Assembly (NCBI RefSeq): GCF_000143415.4
Contig: NW_003314268.1
Coordinates: 139,117-203,116 of the forward strand
Length of the DNA stretch: 64,000 bases
Direction of reading: 5' to 3'
Source of the DNA: Selaginella moellendorffii
Taxonomy: Eukaryota > Plantae > Lycopodiophyta
Part shown: positions 49,360 to 60,700 of the stretch, one piece after another
Numbering within the stretch: the first letter of the stretch is position 1
Layout: each line of letters begins with the position of its first letter
Notes under the pieces: generated by a model
What the model was told of the DNA's origin: nothing
Seen by the model: the letters and a program-made list of their open reading frames with translations, nothing else
Database searches by the model: none
Made by a program: the position numbers and the translations under genes

Positions 49360-50348
49360 TCATATAATCTGCCAGTGTTGTTCTAAAGCATTGCAAATCC
49401 GTCCTATGCAGCACGCTGCACTCAAAGGATACTCTGACACTGCAAAGTTTCATGCTTGTAATGAAAGGAAAAGAAAGATTTTTTAAGCTCTTTACCTGCG
49501 ACTAGATCGTCAATGTAATCGGCCTCGATTTTTCCATGAGCCATGGCTCCCACTACAAAAACTAGAGTTTCTTCGGGTCCAGAGGCTGCGACGTAGTCTC
49601 TTAGTTGCACGACTTTCGGTGCTCTGTAAGATAGTCCTGCAACGGAAGAGAATTTGTATCACGTCTCAAAAGTTTTTCACGTCCGCGTACCGATTCGACG
49701 AACTCCAGCCGGGAGGTGTCGAGTGACTGGCTGTTTTACAACTCGCAGGAGTTTATCAGGCCCATTCGTAGCACGAATACTTAGCTTTTGAAGCAACTGT
49801 GCTGGAAAACGCGAAAAACCAGTAAAACAAAGCTAAGCTTTGGATGAAAGATAGAACTTTACCCATGAGTCCACAAAAGCGTTTAAACGTTCGAGGGAGA
49901 CGAATGTGAGGATTTACTTGGATGAGAACATTGTTCTCAGTCTTGACATAGAGAGCTTTCAATCGCCCAGCTTTGTTGAGTGGACTGTCGAGGATCGCTA
50001 GAAGGGCCTGTTCCAGAACCAAAAAACAAGTGAAACTCTCACAAAAATCCCCAAGGTCGTGCTACCTGATGCAAGATATCCGGACGATACAACGCTGGAT
50101 CGCGCTTGTGCTTCCTCAGAAAATTCGCGTGATCGTCGCAATTGAGCAGCTGATAAGTCTGCGCCGAGAATGAGAGAGAAATCAAGCACTTCCACTCGAC
50201 AATGCGGCCGAAATTATCCCCTCCATACCTTGCCGACCTTGGCGGTCTCCAGCGACGCGCGCTCGAGAACGATGATCACTCCACTCTTGTCGTCGTCGCG
50301 ATCGCCCTGGCCAACGCTAGCGTCTTGGACGGCAGTATCGTCCGCCAT
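49360..50348 (-). CDS. EMG1: 18S rRNA pseudouridine methyltransferase NEP1/EMG1, multi-exon
   Basis: IVLERASLETAKV; YRPDILHQ/ALLAILDSPLNKAG; IRLPRTFKRFCGLM; VGAMAHG; YPLSAACCI. Confidence 0.95.
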
Positions 50349-50374
50349 AGCCAAAGCCCTAACCAAAACCTCAA

Positions 50375-50451
50375 GAACCCTAATTTATAGTATTCTCTCT
50401 TCTAATCCTTTGGAACCCTAATTTATAGTATTCTCTCTTCTATTCCTTTGG
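50375..50451. repeat. 38-bp tandem duplication containing a telo-box-like AACCCTAA
   Basis: GAACCCTAATTTATAGTATTCTCTCTTCTA occurs at 50375 and 50413. Confidence 0.9.
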
Positions 50452-51074
50452 TTTCTCGGGCTCTTTCTCGGGCTTCTCCTTCTTCTCTTCTTCTTCCTCC
50501 TCCTCTTTCTCTTCTTCCTCGTCCTCGTCTTCCTCCGGAGGATCGCAAGGTAGCGGCGGTGGCAATGGAGCTTTCATGGGACTGAATTGCGGGAAGATAT
50601 CGGGTCTCCGGCCAGGAGCTGGTCGATCCCATTCCTGTCGAGCAATCCAGTGAGAAATCTCCGCTAGAACGAGAACTCGCCAGAGAATCCTGACTTACAA
50701 TTGGGAAATCTAGAGGCGACCTCTTTGTCATTTTCTCTTCGTCGGGTGCCATAGACCGAATTTCACACCGTGATCTGGAAGCCCGAGGCGGCCTGGAGAA
50801 CAAGAAAGAGAGCTAAGCTCCAGAAATTCGAGAGATTGGGGGCACCAAGCTGGCTTACCCGGATTTCCATCTCGAGCAGGGACAAAACAAGCCTCTTCCT
50901 GTGAGAAATTCCGAAGAGCTGAGACCCGACGGATAGATTTCTCGAGAATCACTCACCTGGAGCGCACACCCACACCAGCGACGGCATCGAAGTGGACGGC
51001 GCCGCCACATTTCGAGACGCAAGTGGCAGCGCCGACGCCGCTGCCGACGCCGCCGACACCAGCGTCGTCGCCAT
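50440..51074 (-). CDS. Conserved small chloroplast-targeted Pro/Glu-rich protein of unknown function
   Basis: Ala/Ser-rich transit peptide MATTLVSAASAAAS; mature part MAPDEEKMTKRSPLDFPI-EWDRPAPGRRPDIFPQFSPMKAPLPPPLP followed by an acidic tail. Confidence 0.8.
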
Positions 51075-51302
51075 TTCTCCTCCGCTAGAACTGACTAACC
51101 CTAAATCGCCATAAACCCTAAAATCCCCTGTGCTGGCATTGCGCGCCAAATTCCCATTGGTAAGTTTGAAAGCATTGATGGAATAGGGCGCTTCCACGAG
51201 AAGCTAGGGTCTCTCAGTCCTCTCGCGCGCGCTTGGTTCTACCAAGCGCCATTGCGCTCTAGGGCTAGATCCTTCAGCTCCCGCTCGCGTCCGGCGCTAG
51301 CG

Positions 51303-52749
51303 ATGACGAAGCCGCGGCGGAAGAGCGCGGGATGCGATCCCAGACTCGGCACAGGAGGCGTCACGGAGGTACAAATCGCATTTCTCGTCGACTGCTACCT
51401 CAAAGATCGGAGCTACGCGAAGACGCTTCGCGAGTTCCGGACCGAGGCAGCGTCGGTGCTTGCGCCGTGCAAAACGGTGGGTTTCCTTGCTCTTGCGGAT
51501 CTGGGGATTTTCTTCTCGATTTTCACCGGCATTTTGTTCTATCAGGAGGCGCCCATGAAAATGATGAGCCTGAGTGACATTCTAAACGACTACATTGCGC
51601 TCAAAGAGCAAGCTCTGTCCGTCCAGTCGGAGAGATTGAAGCTCGAGAGTTTTGTAGCCAGCGTTAAGGAGATGGTGGCTTCGTATGAGAAATCCAGGGC
51701 TCTTACTTCCTTGGCTCCAGGTAAAGTTTTCATCCTCTTCTTCTTCTTCTTCTTTGCTGCTAACGATCTCTTCTTCATCCATCCAGGGCCACCACCATCT
51801 ACGCCTGCTGCACCAATCACCCATGTAAATTCCGTTCCAAAAAGGAAAACTTCTCCTCGAGGACAGGAAGCGCCCATGCTTGACATCACAAACACCGCGA
51901 TAGGGACCAAGAGAATTCGTCACTGTCCTGGTAACGAAACACTCCTTTTGTTTCTCGTGTTGAAACTTCGCATGCAGTGCTTCCGACCAGAGATGCCAAG
52001 CCTGCTCCATTCACTCCTTCCAGGCCAGCTCCGATCGATCCACAGACTCCACAGCAGTTTGGGCTGCCAATAGGCTCCGGGAGCTTTCAAGTAGCACCCT
52101 CGGAGTTTCTAACACCATCAACAGCTCGGCCTACAAGCTGTGAGCCATCGAAAGCACGCAGCAAGAGACAACAAGTGAAGCCAACGACAAGGAACTGCAA
52201 GTCTCTAGACTTCACCACCTCCAGCGAGCCTCTCCGCCACGCAGCTGGCGATACCAAAACTGGTGCCAACGAGAAGGAGAAAGCACTGGAGAGAGCATCC
52301 GGCCTACCTGTGGACATTCTTTGTGAAGATTTCTTCACGACGGAGCCGCTGTCCTCCATTGACGACATATTGGGAACTTCCCTGGATGGAACGTCCTTCT
52401 CGGAGCTTATGAACTCGATGATGGCCGAGGACATGATCCAAGAGATAAGCTCGCCATCTTCAACTCGTGACAGGTACTTGCGTCGAGCTTTTTTGATGGT
52501 TTTGTCTCTCCGGGCTTACACATTTCTTTCAGCAGTGATCACAACGGGCTCGAGATGGCCGAATCAGATAGTGGATTCGTGGCGGAGATCATATGCGTGG
52601 AGGACGATCAAGGTGCTTAAACTTGTCACACTAAGTTTCGGATTCATTGCTTTGTGTCTTGTATTGCAGAGAGCTGTAAGGTGTCTCCTACTCCCAAATC
52701 GACCAGAAAAGCTTGTGGAAATGCAAACGACGAGAACACACCACCCTGA
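51303..52749 (+). CDS. LisH-domain nuclear protein (NPAT/Mxc-like N-terminus), multi-exon
   Basis: GGVTEVQIAFLVDCYLKDRSYAKTLREFRTEA LisH motif; SLSDILNDYIALKEQ; disordered S/T/P-rich body; spliced frame ends ...DENTPP* at 52749. Confidence 0.8.
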
Positions 52750-52960
52750 CATTGTGAAACCGTGACTTCCACACACAATTATATGAAAGCTGACTTTGTA
52801 TTAGCAATGGATAAAACTATTCTTCCAATCAAACATCAACCTTTTTCTTAGAAGAGTCCCGACGCTACAAACATCCAATGGTGAGAATTGCGCTAAAAAC
52901 CAAAGCCTGAACGATAGAACCTTGGGAGTCTCGTGAAGTTGGAGAGTTGCGAGGTTCTGA

Positions 52961-54700
52961 TTATAAGATTTGCTCGTATGACATTCGTTCCTTGGTGATT
53001 TTAGCGACAAACTGGCCGTTGGTGTTGGAAACGAGCGGATCAAAGCGCAAGCACAAGCCGGTCATTGTGCATGGCCAGGACTTGGCAGACTTGATCTCTC
53101 TCACCTCTGCAACATATAACCCAGTGTCAAATCACAAGAGAAAGGAAGCAAAGAAGTGTGCTTACCCGCATCAGGATGTGCTGCAAGAAACTGCTTAAGC
53201 ACTCCCTCGTTTTGATCATAAGTGAAACTGACGATCAAAAGCTTTACGATCCGTGAAGGAAAGGAACTGAAAAAGCAAACCTGCAAGTGCTGTAAACGAG
53301 TGTCCCGCCCTGCTTCAACAGTCTGAATCCGTTGCTCAAGAGCCGGAGCTACAGTTCCAAGATGTCAAGGACCAGCAACACCAAAACTAGATGACTCCAT
53401 ACCTGAAGATTAGTGATTGTAGAAATGCGTTCCGAGTTGAAAAACCGCTTCTCGAAGGTTTCCCATCCCCACTGCTCAAACTTGCAGATGTGCTTCAGCG
53501 AGCCATCGTGAGTACACTCGGCATCCACGAGCACCTGTGGAAAAAAACAAATACCAAGCATTCGTAAACAGCGGAAAAGCGAGCCTTTTGCATACCTTGT
53601 CGTAGCCATCGACTAGAGCGGCATCAGCCGTGCCCTGTGCAAGGACACTCCGCATTTCTCTTCCTACAATCCCAGACTCACAGCCGTAGTAAAAGAGCTC
53701 GGGACCATTCGCCTGTCCTTTAGAGACAGCTCGCTGGTCATCTCGCTTCCCCCTTTTCGATTTAGGTGGTCTCCAATCAGCGAGCAACCCGTCCTTCAAA
53801 AGATAAGAACAGGACTGGTCTGAAGATGCAAGCAACAAGTTTCACCGAAAAGGAATAACAGGAGCTCATACTTACGTGATTGTCTCTCAAGGACGCTTGC
53901 GTTGGATTGCGGTGCTTCTTTTACTGGGAGGATGGAGAACGTCGTCCCGTCGGCAAGGAACAGTCTCGCTCGGCTACCGAGCTCATACTTTTGGAGCATG
54001 GTCCGACAAGCTGCTAGGCGATGGCGAGAAATATCAACTCCGGTTAGTGTTCCAGCCCCCACACCCAAAACCTCCGCCATCATGCATAGTTTCGCTCCTA
54101 CACGTTGAAAACAAACGTGAAACACTCGTGAATTGCAATGAAAGCTTCGCTTACCAGGAGCTGCGCAGACGTCGAGGACGTGATCACCGGATTGTATATC
54201 AAGTGCTGCAACAGCAGCCCCGGAGGCCGCATCCATACCGTAAATCTGTCCAGAAGGACATACAACACAAACAAAGAAGAAACAGATCAGCCAGGGAGTT
54301 CTCGAAAGTTTCGTTTTTATTTCTCACCTTTCCAGACTTGTAGGCACTGGATGATGCCAGTGACGCTTGTGAAGAACACTGGAAAAATCCGGGTAGCCAA
54401 GAAACAGGTTCGACTTTGATCCCAAGTTCTTTCGCTAACTCCCCAGCAGCATTGGTGGCACTCGGCTTTACTCTGGCAATCCAATCAAACAAAGAAAAGG
54501 AAACCCGAGTTCTAGTACCTGAAGTAACGCGGCAGTGTTTGAGCCGCGAGGTAGACGCGAGGATCCACATTCTGCCCGAGAAGAAAATCGACGAATTCCG
54601 GAGGCAGGGGAAGAAGATTTGTAGAAACAGCAGCGGCGCCATCGTGTTTGCAAGAGAATGGATCGCGCGCCGCGGCTGGCGCTACCTCAATGCACGCCAT
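52961..54700 (-). CDS. NOL1/NOP2/Sun family RNA cytosine-C5 methyltransferase, multi-exon
   Basis: VLDVCAAPG/AK SAM-binding motif; YDKVLVDAECTHDGS (motif IV); LVYSTCS (motif VI); N-terminal LPPEFVDFL..DPRVY..LPRY. Confidence 0.9.
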
Positions 54701-54980
54701 TGCTCACGAAAAACCCTAAAACCAAGATCAAACTATTGTGTCAATGGATGAAAATGAAAGTTAGTATCAAGCCACACGTAACTCTATAGTCCTCTAGAAG
54801 TATTTTCTTCTCACCTTCCAGTGACGCTTGAGAAGCACACTGACAACAAGCCCGACTTGGATCCCAAGTACTTCCATTGGAAGCGCACGGCTTTACTCGA
54901 TCCAACAAAAGAAGAGAGTTTTAGAGCAGCGTCTTCGCACGCCATTGGTCATTAAGGAAAAATAAAAAGCTTACCTTTGC

Positions 54981-57900
54981 TTATCGACGTCGCCACAAGA
55001 GGAGCTTCTTCAAATAAGCGATGGCGGAGTTCGCTGCCGAGTCTTTGGCTCGCTTCACGTCTCGCTGGGGCTCTACATAAAATCTCACGGGTCCATCGAT
55101 TGAAAGACTGATTGTCACAGCATCGATCAGTAGAGTCTTCACTCTCTTCTTTTCTTACTGTTTCATGTGAGGAGGACCACTCTCCTCGCAAATAATGTAC
55201 TCGGGATCCGACCACCGTCTTAAGCAATCCACCGTGCTTTCTGAGTTTGCCAACATATCAGTGTTACCACCAGCCGATCAACTTTGCAGTGCTACACCTT
55301 CGTCTACTGTTCCTCCTGCTAGACGCGGTAAAAACTTTGCTTTCTTGTGTTTTCTTCACATCCATAATTTGGTTGCATACCTTGCTTCACTGTGTGTTGG
55401 CTTCCCTTCCAATTATGCTTAAAACGTTGTAGCATTTCTTGAACAAATTATATCATACAACGAAACAGAACTATCACCCTTGTTCCTTCAATAGCTCCTC
55501 GAAAGCATTCTCCAAGCTGGGACACATCTACATATTGCCCACCTTGATATCTGGTCCCTGTTTCCAAAGACTCTAGCTTGATTTCTTATGGAGCATTCTT
55601 TACCTGGAATTCACAGCACCAAGCACATGAATTTGCAGTACTTGCTGGCTTTCCAGAAGGTGGCGATGATTCTTTTGTTGTTGGAGCTCCACGAGAAGAG
55701 CTTCAAATTCTCTGCCTACTGGTTGCATCGTCGAGACCAAACTCTTTCGCAAGTGATGCTGCTAGAACATCTGACTCGTCTTTAGTGTCGACAAGTTCTA
55801 AATCGGAAGGCAAGTCAGCAAGACTTTCCTGCCGAGATAGCTCTCATTCTGCAGAAGAACTCGAGCTCGACATTGGTGGTACGAAGGATGCAAGCTCCGA
55901 CTCCATGCACTGTGTAACGATGGGAACACTGAACCTCAAACCGTTGTTTATGATGACCTTTGAGGCCTCTATGTGTGTCTCGACCCGAATAGCATGAAGG
56001 AGTTCGTGCCGTGGGTGTTGAAATCCCAAAGCCTGAATATAAAAGAAAAACTGTAACGTTTTCGGAGCATAACTTGTTATTACCTTCAGTTTTTCCAAGG
56101 CATCGGCAGAAGACTGCTTCTTGAGAAGCTTTTTGTTTGCTCCTCCGGAGCCTTGTCCTGTGACTAAGCCTCCGTCGGCCAATGTCACCGAGCAAGTTCC
56201 AACGTTGTAGCTTGGAGCTGAAAGCTCTTGGACTGGGTGAAGTGCCAAGCTCTCGGGACTGGCAATCGGGCGAAGAAGGGGCTCCAATATGCTCCACACT
56301 TGTTCCAGATTACCACCCGTATCAAATAACAAAGCTCCCGCGAGAGATTCCACTAAATCACTGAGACACTGCAAAAGAAAAAGACGCAAGCGTCAAGAGG
56401 AGTACAAACTTTAAAAGCTCAAGACTGACCTTTGGCGGTTGCTCAAGCTGCCAGTCCTCGAAACATTGCACATTTTTGTTCAGAAGATACTTGTCAATCT
56501 CTTTAAGCTTGTGACGCAGATACTTGTGAAAGTTGTGGCGCACAGCAACGAAAGCGAACCAAACGTTGTTCACTGTAGCAACCTTGAGATCATTGAGAAG
56601 TCCCGGTTGCAAGCTGGGATAGCTCGCATAAAGATGAAGAACGATAAGGTAATCCAGGACAGCATCGCCTAAATACTCCAGCCGCTGACAACTAAGCAGT
56701 GTTAGTCCAGCTCCAAAAGTTACTCGTCTACCTGATACGATCGAACGCTGGAAGAAGCATGAGTGAACGCTTCAACGAGGAAGCATTTGTTCCGAAAGGT
56801 ATAGCCGATTATCTTTTCCAGATTGCAGATATCGTCAACTTCAGAAGCTTGGCATGAGAACACAGGTACTAAACACCTGTCAACCAGCTTAAATCCTGCC
56901 CAGTTCATGAAGTGATAGGCAGCATCAGCGGAGTTGTCAGTAATGTATGCACCGATGATGGCCTCCATTACATCTGCCACCGATTTTCTTCGCAGCCAAC
57001 GATGACCTTTGTCACATAACTTCCGTCCTAAAATCTTTTCGTGACTGGCCAAAGAAGAGCAAGGGACCGGTGCAATCCAATCCTTTGGCTCAAACTGCCC
57101 GTCTCTGATGTACGTCTGTAAGTTCTGTTCAAGAGACTAGAAACATATTATTGCATGCTTACCACCAATCCTGTTTGTACACCAAGCCTGTGCAAATTGC
57201 TGTTAGAGATCTGCTCTTCACGCCTTTGACTAAGAAAGCCTTCTTGTTGTTCCGGATATTCAGAGACCAAGTGCAAGCTCAGTGCAAATTTGAGGAATGA
57301 ATCGCCTAAAAACTCGAGTCTCTCGAGAGAAAAGCCTTCATTACAGCTTGCAGAAGTCAGTGCCATCAACATCTGCAGGAAAAAAAAGAAAAATGAAACA
57401 ATATAAAGATGAACATTTTAGATGAACAGCATTTGACCATGGTTGTAGAGATGTGGATGCCCACGAGTTTCGTCAGCTGTGCAGCAGAACTTAGACATTC
57501 TAGCCGGTAGATAACGGAAGGAAGCACCATTACGGACGCCACAACGGAGTAGTCAAGTTCTGGTTCTAAGAGAATGCAAAGCTCGGGCGGCAGCTCAATA
57601 GTCGATTTGCTATGCGACGTGCCAGACATGTCTGTTGAACGTGGCAGTAAATAGTTTTGCACATCGCCAAGCATCTTCACTTTCAGAAGGGGTTGGGCTG
57701 GATATTGCAGTTTCATATTATGCCTGTAAGTCGCGTGTTCCAATCAGAAACGAAGAAGGAACTCACAAATCTTACCTTTTCAGGAAGTAGTCTGAATAAG
57801 TACTATATTTGGGATTGGAAAACGGGCTTTGCGCGGTTGTTTCTTTAAGAACACCCAAAAGAGAATGAAAAACTGTTTCGCTGGTATGCTTTGTAAGAAT

Positions 57901-58840
57901 CAGTCCTCCTTTGACATCTGTAGCTCGCAATGAATAATTTGCAAAATGTAGAACACTTTGGTCATCGCTGTCTGAGACTATTGATGGAGGTGTGAGAGAC
58001 TGAACGCATTTCCAGTCCACATCCAAAACATTTATCTTGCCAGGAAGCAGCGGCAGAAGGAAGTATGGCTGGAGATGTGGCCGTCGTCGCCATAAAGTAG
58101 CGAAAACATTTTCGTAGAACTGATTTATGGCAGCAACCTTGAAAAGCAGAGCATAAGTCAAAACATTATCCACAAAAGCGACAAAATCCTTACCTTATCA
58201 CCGTCTAAGCTGATATTTTGCATCGAGCCAAGCCGAACCACAACATTTCTTCCACGTCCCAAATCCAGTTCGAAGCTTCCATTTTCGAGGGAGGCATCCA
58301 ACTTTGATGACAAGAACAGCGCAAAGTTACGATAGGAGAACCTGTCGTCACTGGAGCTAAAGGAAAGTACGTAGGTGTGGAAGGTCAGATTTTCAGAAAC
58401 CACACCCAACTGTCCTTGGAAAACATCAGGTATAATCGTCTCGTACATATTCATGTCATCTGAATCTGATGTAACGTGATTACTTCAAGAAAACGTTAGT
58501 GGATTCGACACACCTGAAGTCATTGAGGCAGTTTTGGAGATCCTAGTAGCAGGAACTGGATGCAATTTATCTGATAGAAGCCCAGTAGTGTGTAGCTTTC
58601 GACAAGCTTCCAGGCACGCAATTTTCTCTAATAGAAATGTTTGATAGCTAAGATTTTCCTGCTACATTAATGATAGAAAATCGATCTTCGTTACCTGCGC
58701 AGATTCGGCTACGTTTGGAGCTTGAGTCGATTGATCTGAGCCGATTGAAGCTGGACAAAACAGTGAAACCCTAGGACCCCAATGTCGTAGATTCTGACAG
58801 ATCGAAGCTGCGTATGAAACACCCATGGTACCATTTTCAT
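54981..58840 (-). CDS. Dicer-like protein copy 1 (DUF283 end, PAZ, RNase IIIa/b, two dsRBDs); 5'-truncated, possibly pseudogene
   Basis: ACLEACRKLH...LSDKLHP; PAZ TYSDYF; IELPPELC; SLERLEFLGDSFLK; KSVADVMEAIIGAY; SYQ/RLEYLGDAVLD; LSDLVESLAGA; dsRBD EESGPPHMK. No helicase before the duplication junction. Confidence 0.82.
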
Positions 58841-58877
58841 CTTTTCCTTATTAAATTCATGAGAGAGCATCTATCGA

Positions 58878-60520
58878 AGAGATAAGCTCGCCATCTTCAA
58901 CTCGTCACAGGTACTTGCTTTGATGGTTAGTCCCTCAGCAGTGATCACAATGGGCTCGAGATTGCCGAATCAGATAGTGGGTTCGTATGTGTCGAGGACG
59001 ATCAAGGTTCTTAAAAATTGTCCCGCCTATGTTTGGGAATGTAGAGCGCTGTAAGGTGTCTAGAAAGCTCGTGAAAATGCAGACGACGAGAACACACGAC
59101 ACCACCCTGACATTGTGAAACGACAATTATCAAAGCTGACCTTAGTATTAGCAGCGGATCTTACAACCATACGGGTAATTTTCTTCTTTCTTGAAGAGTG
59201 TTCCTTCCACGAAGTGCTCGGGCTTTAGTGTCCATTTTGGACATAGGAGTTTTACGAGGGGCACTGCACAGTACATCCAATGGTGACAATGCGAAAGCTA
59301 GAACGATAGAACCTTGGGAGTCTCGCGAAGGTAGAGAACTGCGAGATTCTGATTATAAAGATTTGCTCGTATGGCATTCGTTCCTTGTTGATTTTAGCGA
59401 CAAACTGGCGTTGGTGTTGGAAACGCGCAAGCAAGCCGGTCGTTGTGCATGGCCAGGACATGGCAGACTTGATCTCTCTCACCTCTGCAACTGCAACATA
59501 TAGCCCTCAAATCACAAGAGAAACGAAGCAAAAGAAGTGTGTAGCTTAACCCGCATCAGGAAGGATGCGTTGCAAGAAGAAACTGCTTAAGAACTCACCT
59601 GTACCCATCGACAAGAGCAGCATCGGCCGTGCCTGGTGCAAGGAAACTCCGCAATTCTCTTCCTACAATCCCAGAGACAGCTTTAGGCGGTCTCCAGTCA
59701 GTGATTAACCCGTCCTTCAAGAGATAAGAACAGGACTGATCTGAAGACGCAAGCACAAAGTTTCACTTGTAAGAAAGAACAGGAGCGAATACGTACGTGG
59801 TTGTCTCTCAAGGACACTGGATTGCTGTGCTTTTTTTGCTGGCAGGATGGAGAACGTCGTCCCGTCGGCAAGGAAAAGCCTCGCTCGGCTACCGAACTCA
59901 TACTTTTGGAGCATGGTCCGACAGGCTGCTAGGCGATGGCGAGAAGAAATATCAACTCCTGTTAGTGTTCCAGCCCCCACACCAAAACCTCCGCATACAA
60001 GTTGAAAGAACTCCCATAAACTGCAATGAAAGCTTCGCTTACCAGGAGCTGCGCACGTGATCACCGGATTGTATATCAGGTGCTGCAACAGCAGCCCCGG
60101 AGGCCGCATCCATACCGTAAATCTGTCGAAAATGAAACAAACAAGAGTTCTCGATTTTTTTATTTTATTTTTCATATTTTCTCACCTTTCCAGACTTGTA
60201 GGCACTGGACGATGCCAGTGAGAACACTGGAAACATAGCCAAGAAACAGGGTCGACTTTGATCCCAAGTTCTTTCGCTAACTCCCCGCGGCTTTACTCTG
60301 GAAATCCAATTAAACAAAGAAAAGGAATCCCGAGTTCTAGTACCTGAAGTAACGCAGCGTTTGAGCCGTGCCCGAGAAGAAAATCCAAGAACTCCGGAGG
60401 CAGGGGAAGAAGATTTGTAAGGCAGCGTTAGAGCCGGCCCCGAGAAGAAAATCAAAGAACTCCGGAGGCAGGGGAAGAAGATTTGTAGCAACAGCAGTGG
60501 CGCCTTCGTCTTTGCAAGAA
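58878..60520 (-). pseudogene. Duplicated, decayed copy of the LisH gene 3' end and the NOP2/Sun methyltransferase
   Basis: 58878-59150 copies about 52440-52810; 59200-60520 copies about 52850-54650 with deletions and frameshifts (motif IV exon lost, internal duplication near 60370-60480). Confidence 0.88.
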
Positions 60521-60700
60521 CGTAACTCATTAAACTCATTGCGATGAAAGATTAGCTTACCGGAGGACGTGATCACTAGATTGTATCAAACGAGGCCACA
60601 TCCAACTCGAAGGGAGAAAGAAGAAGAGAAAAATCAGCCATATAGTCATCTAGAAGTATTTTCGTCTCACCTTGTAGCCACTGGATGATGCCGCAAGAAA

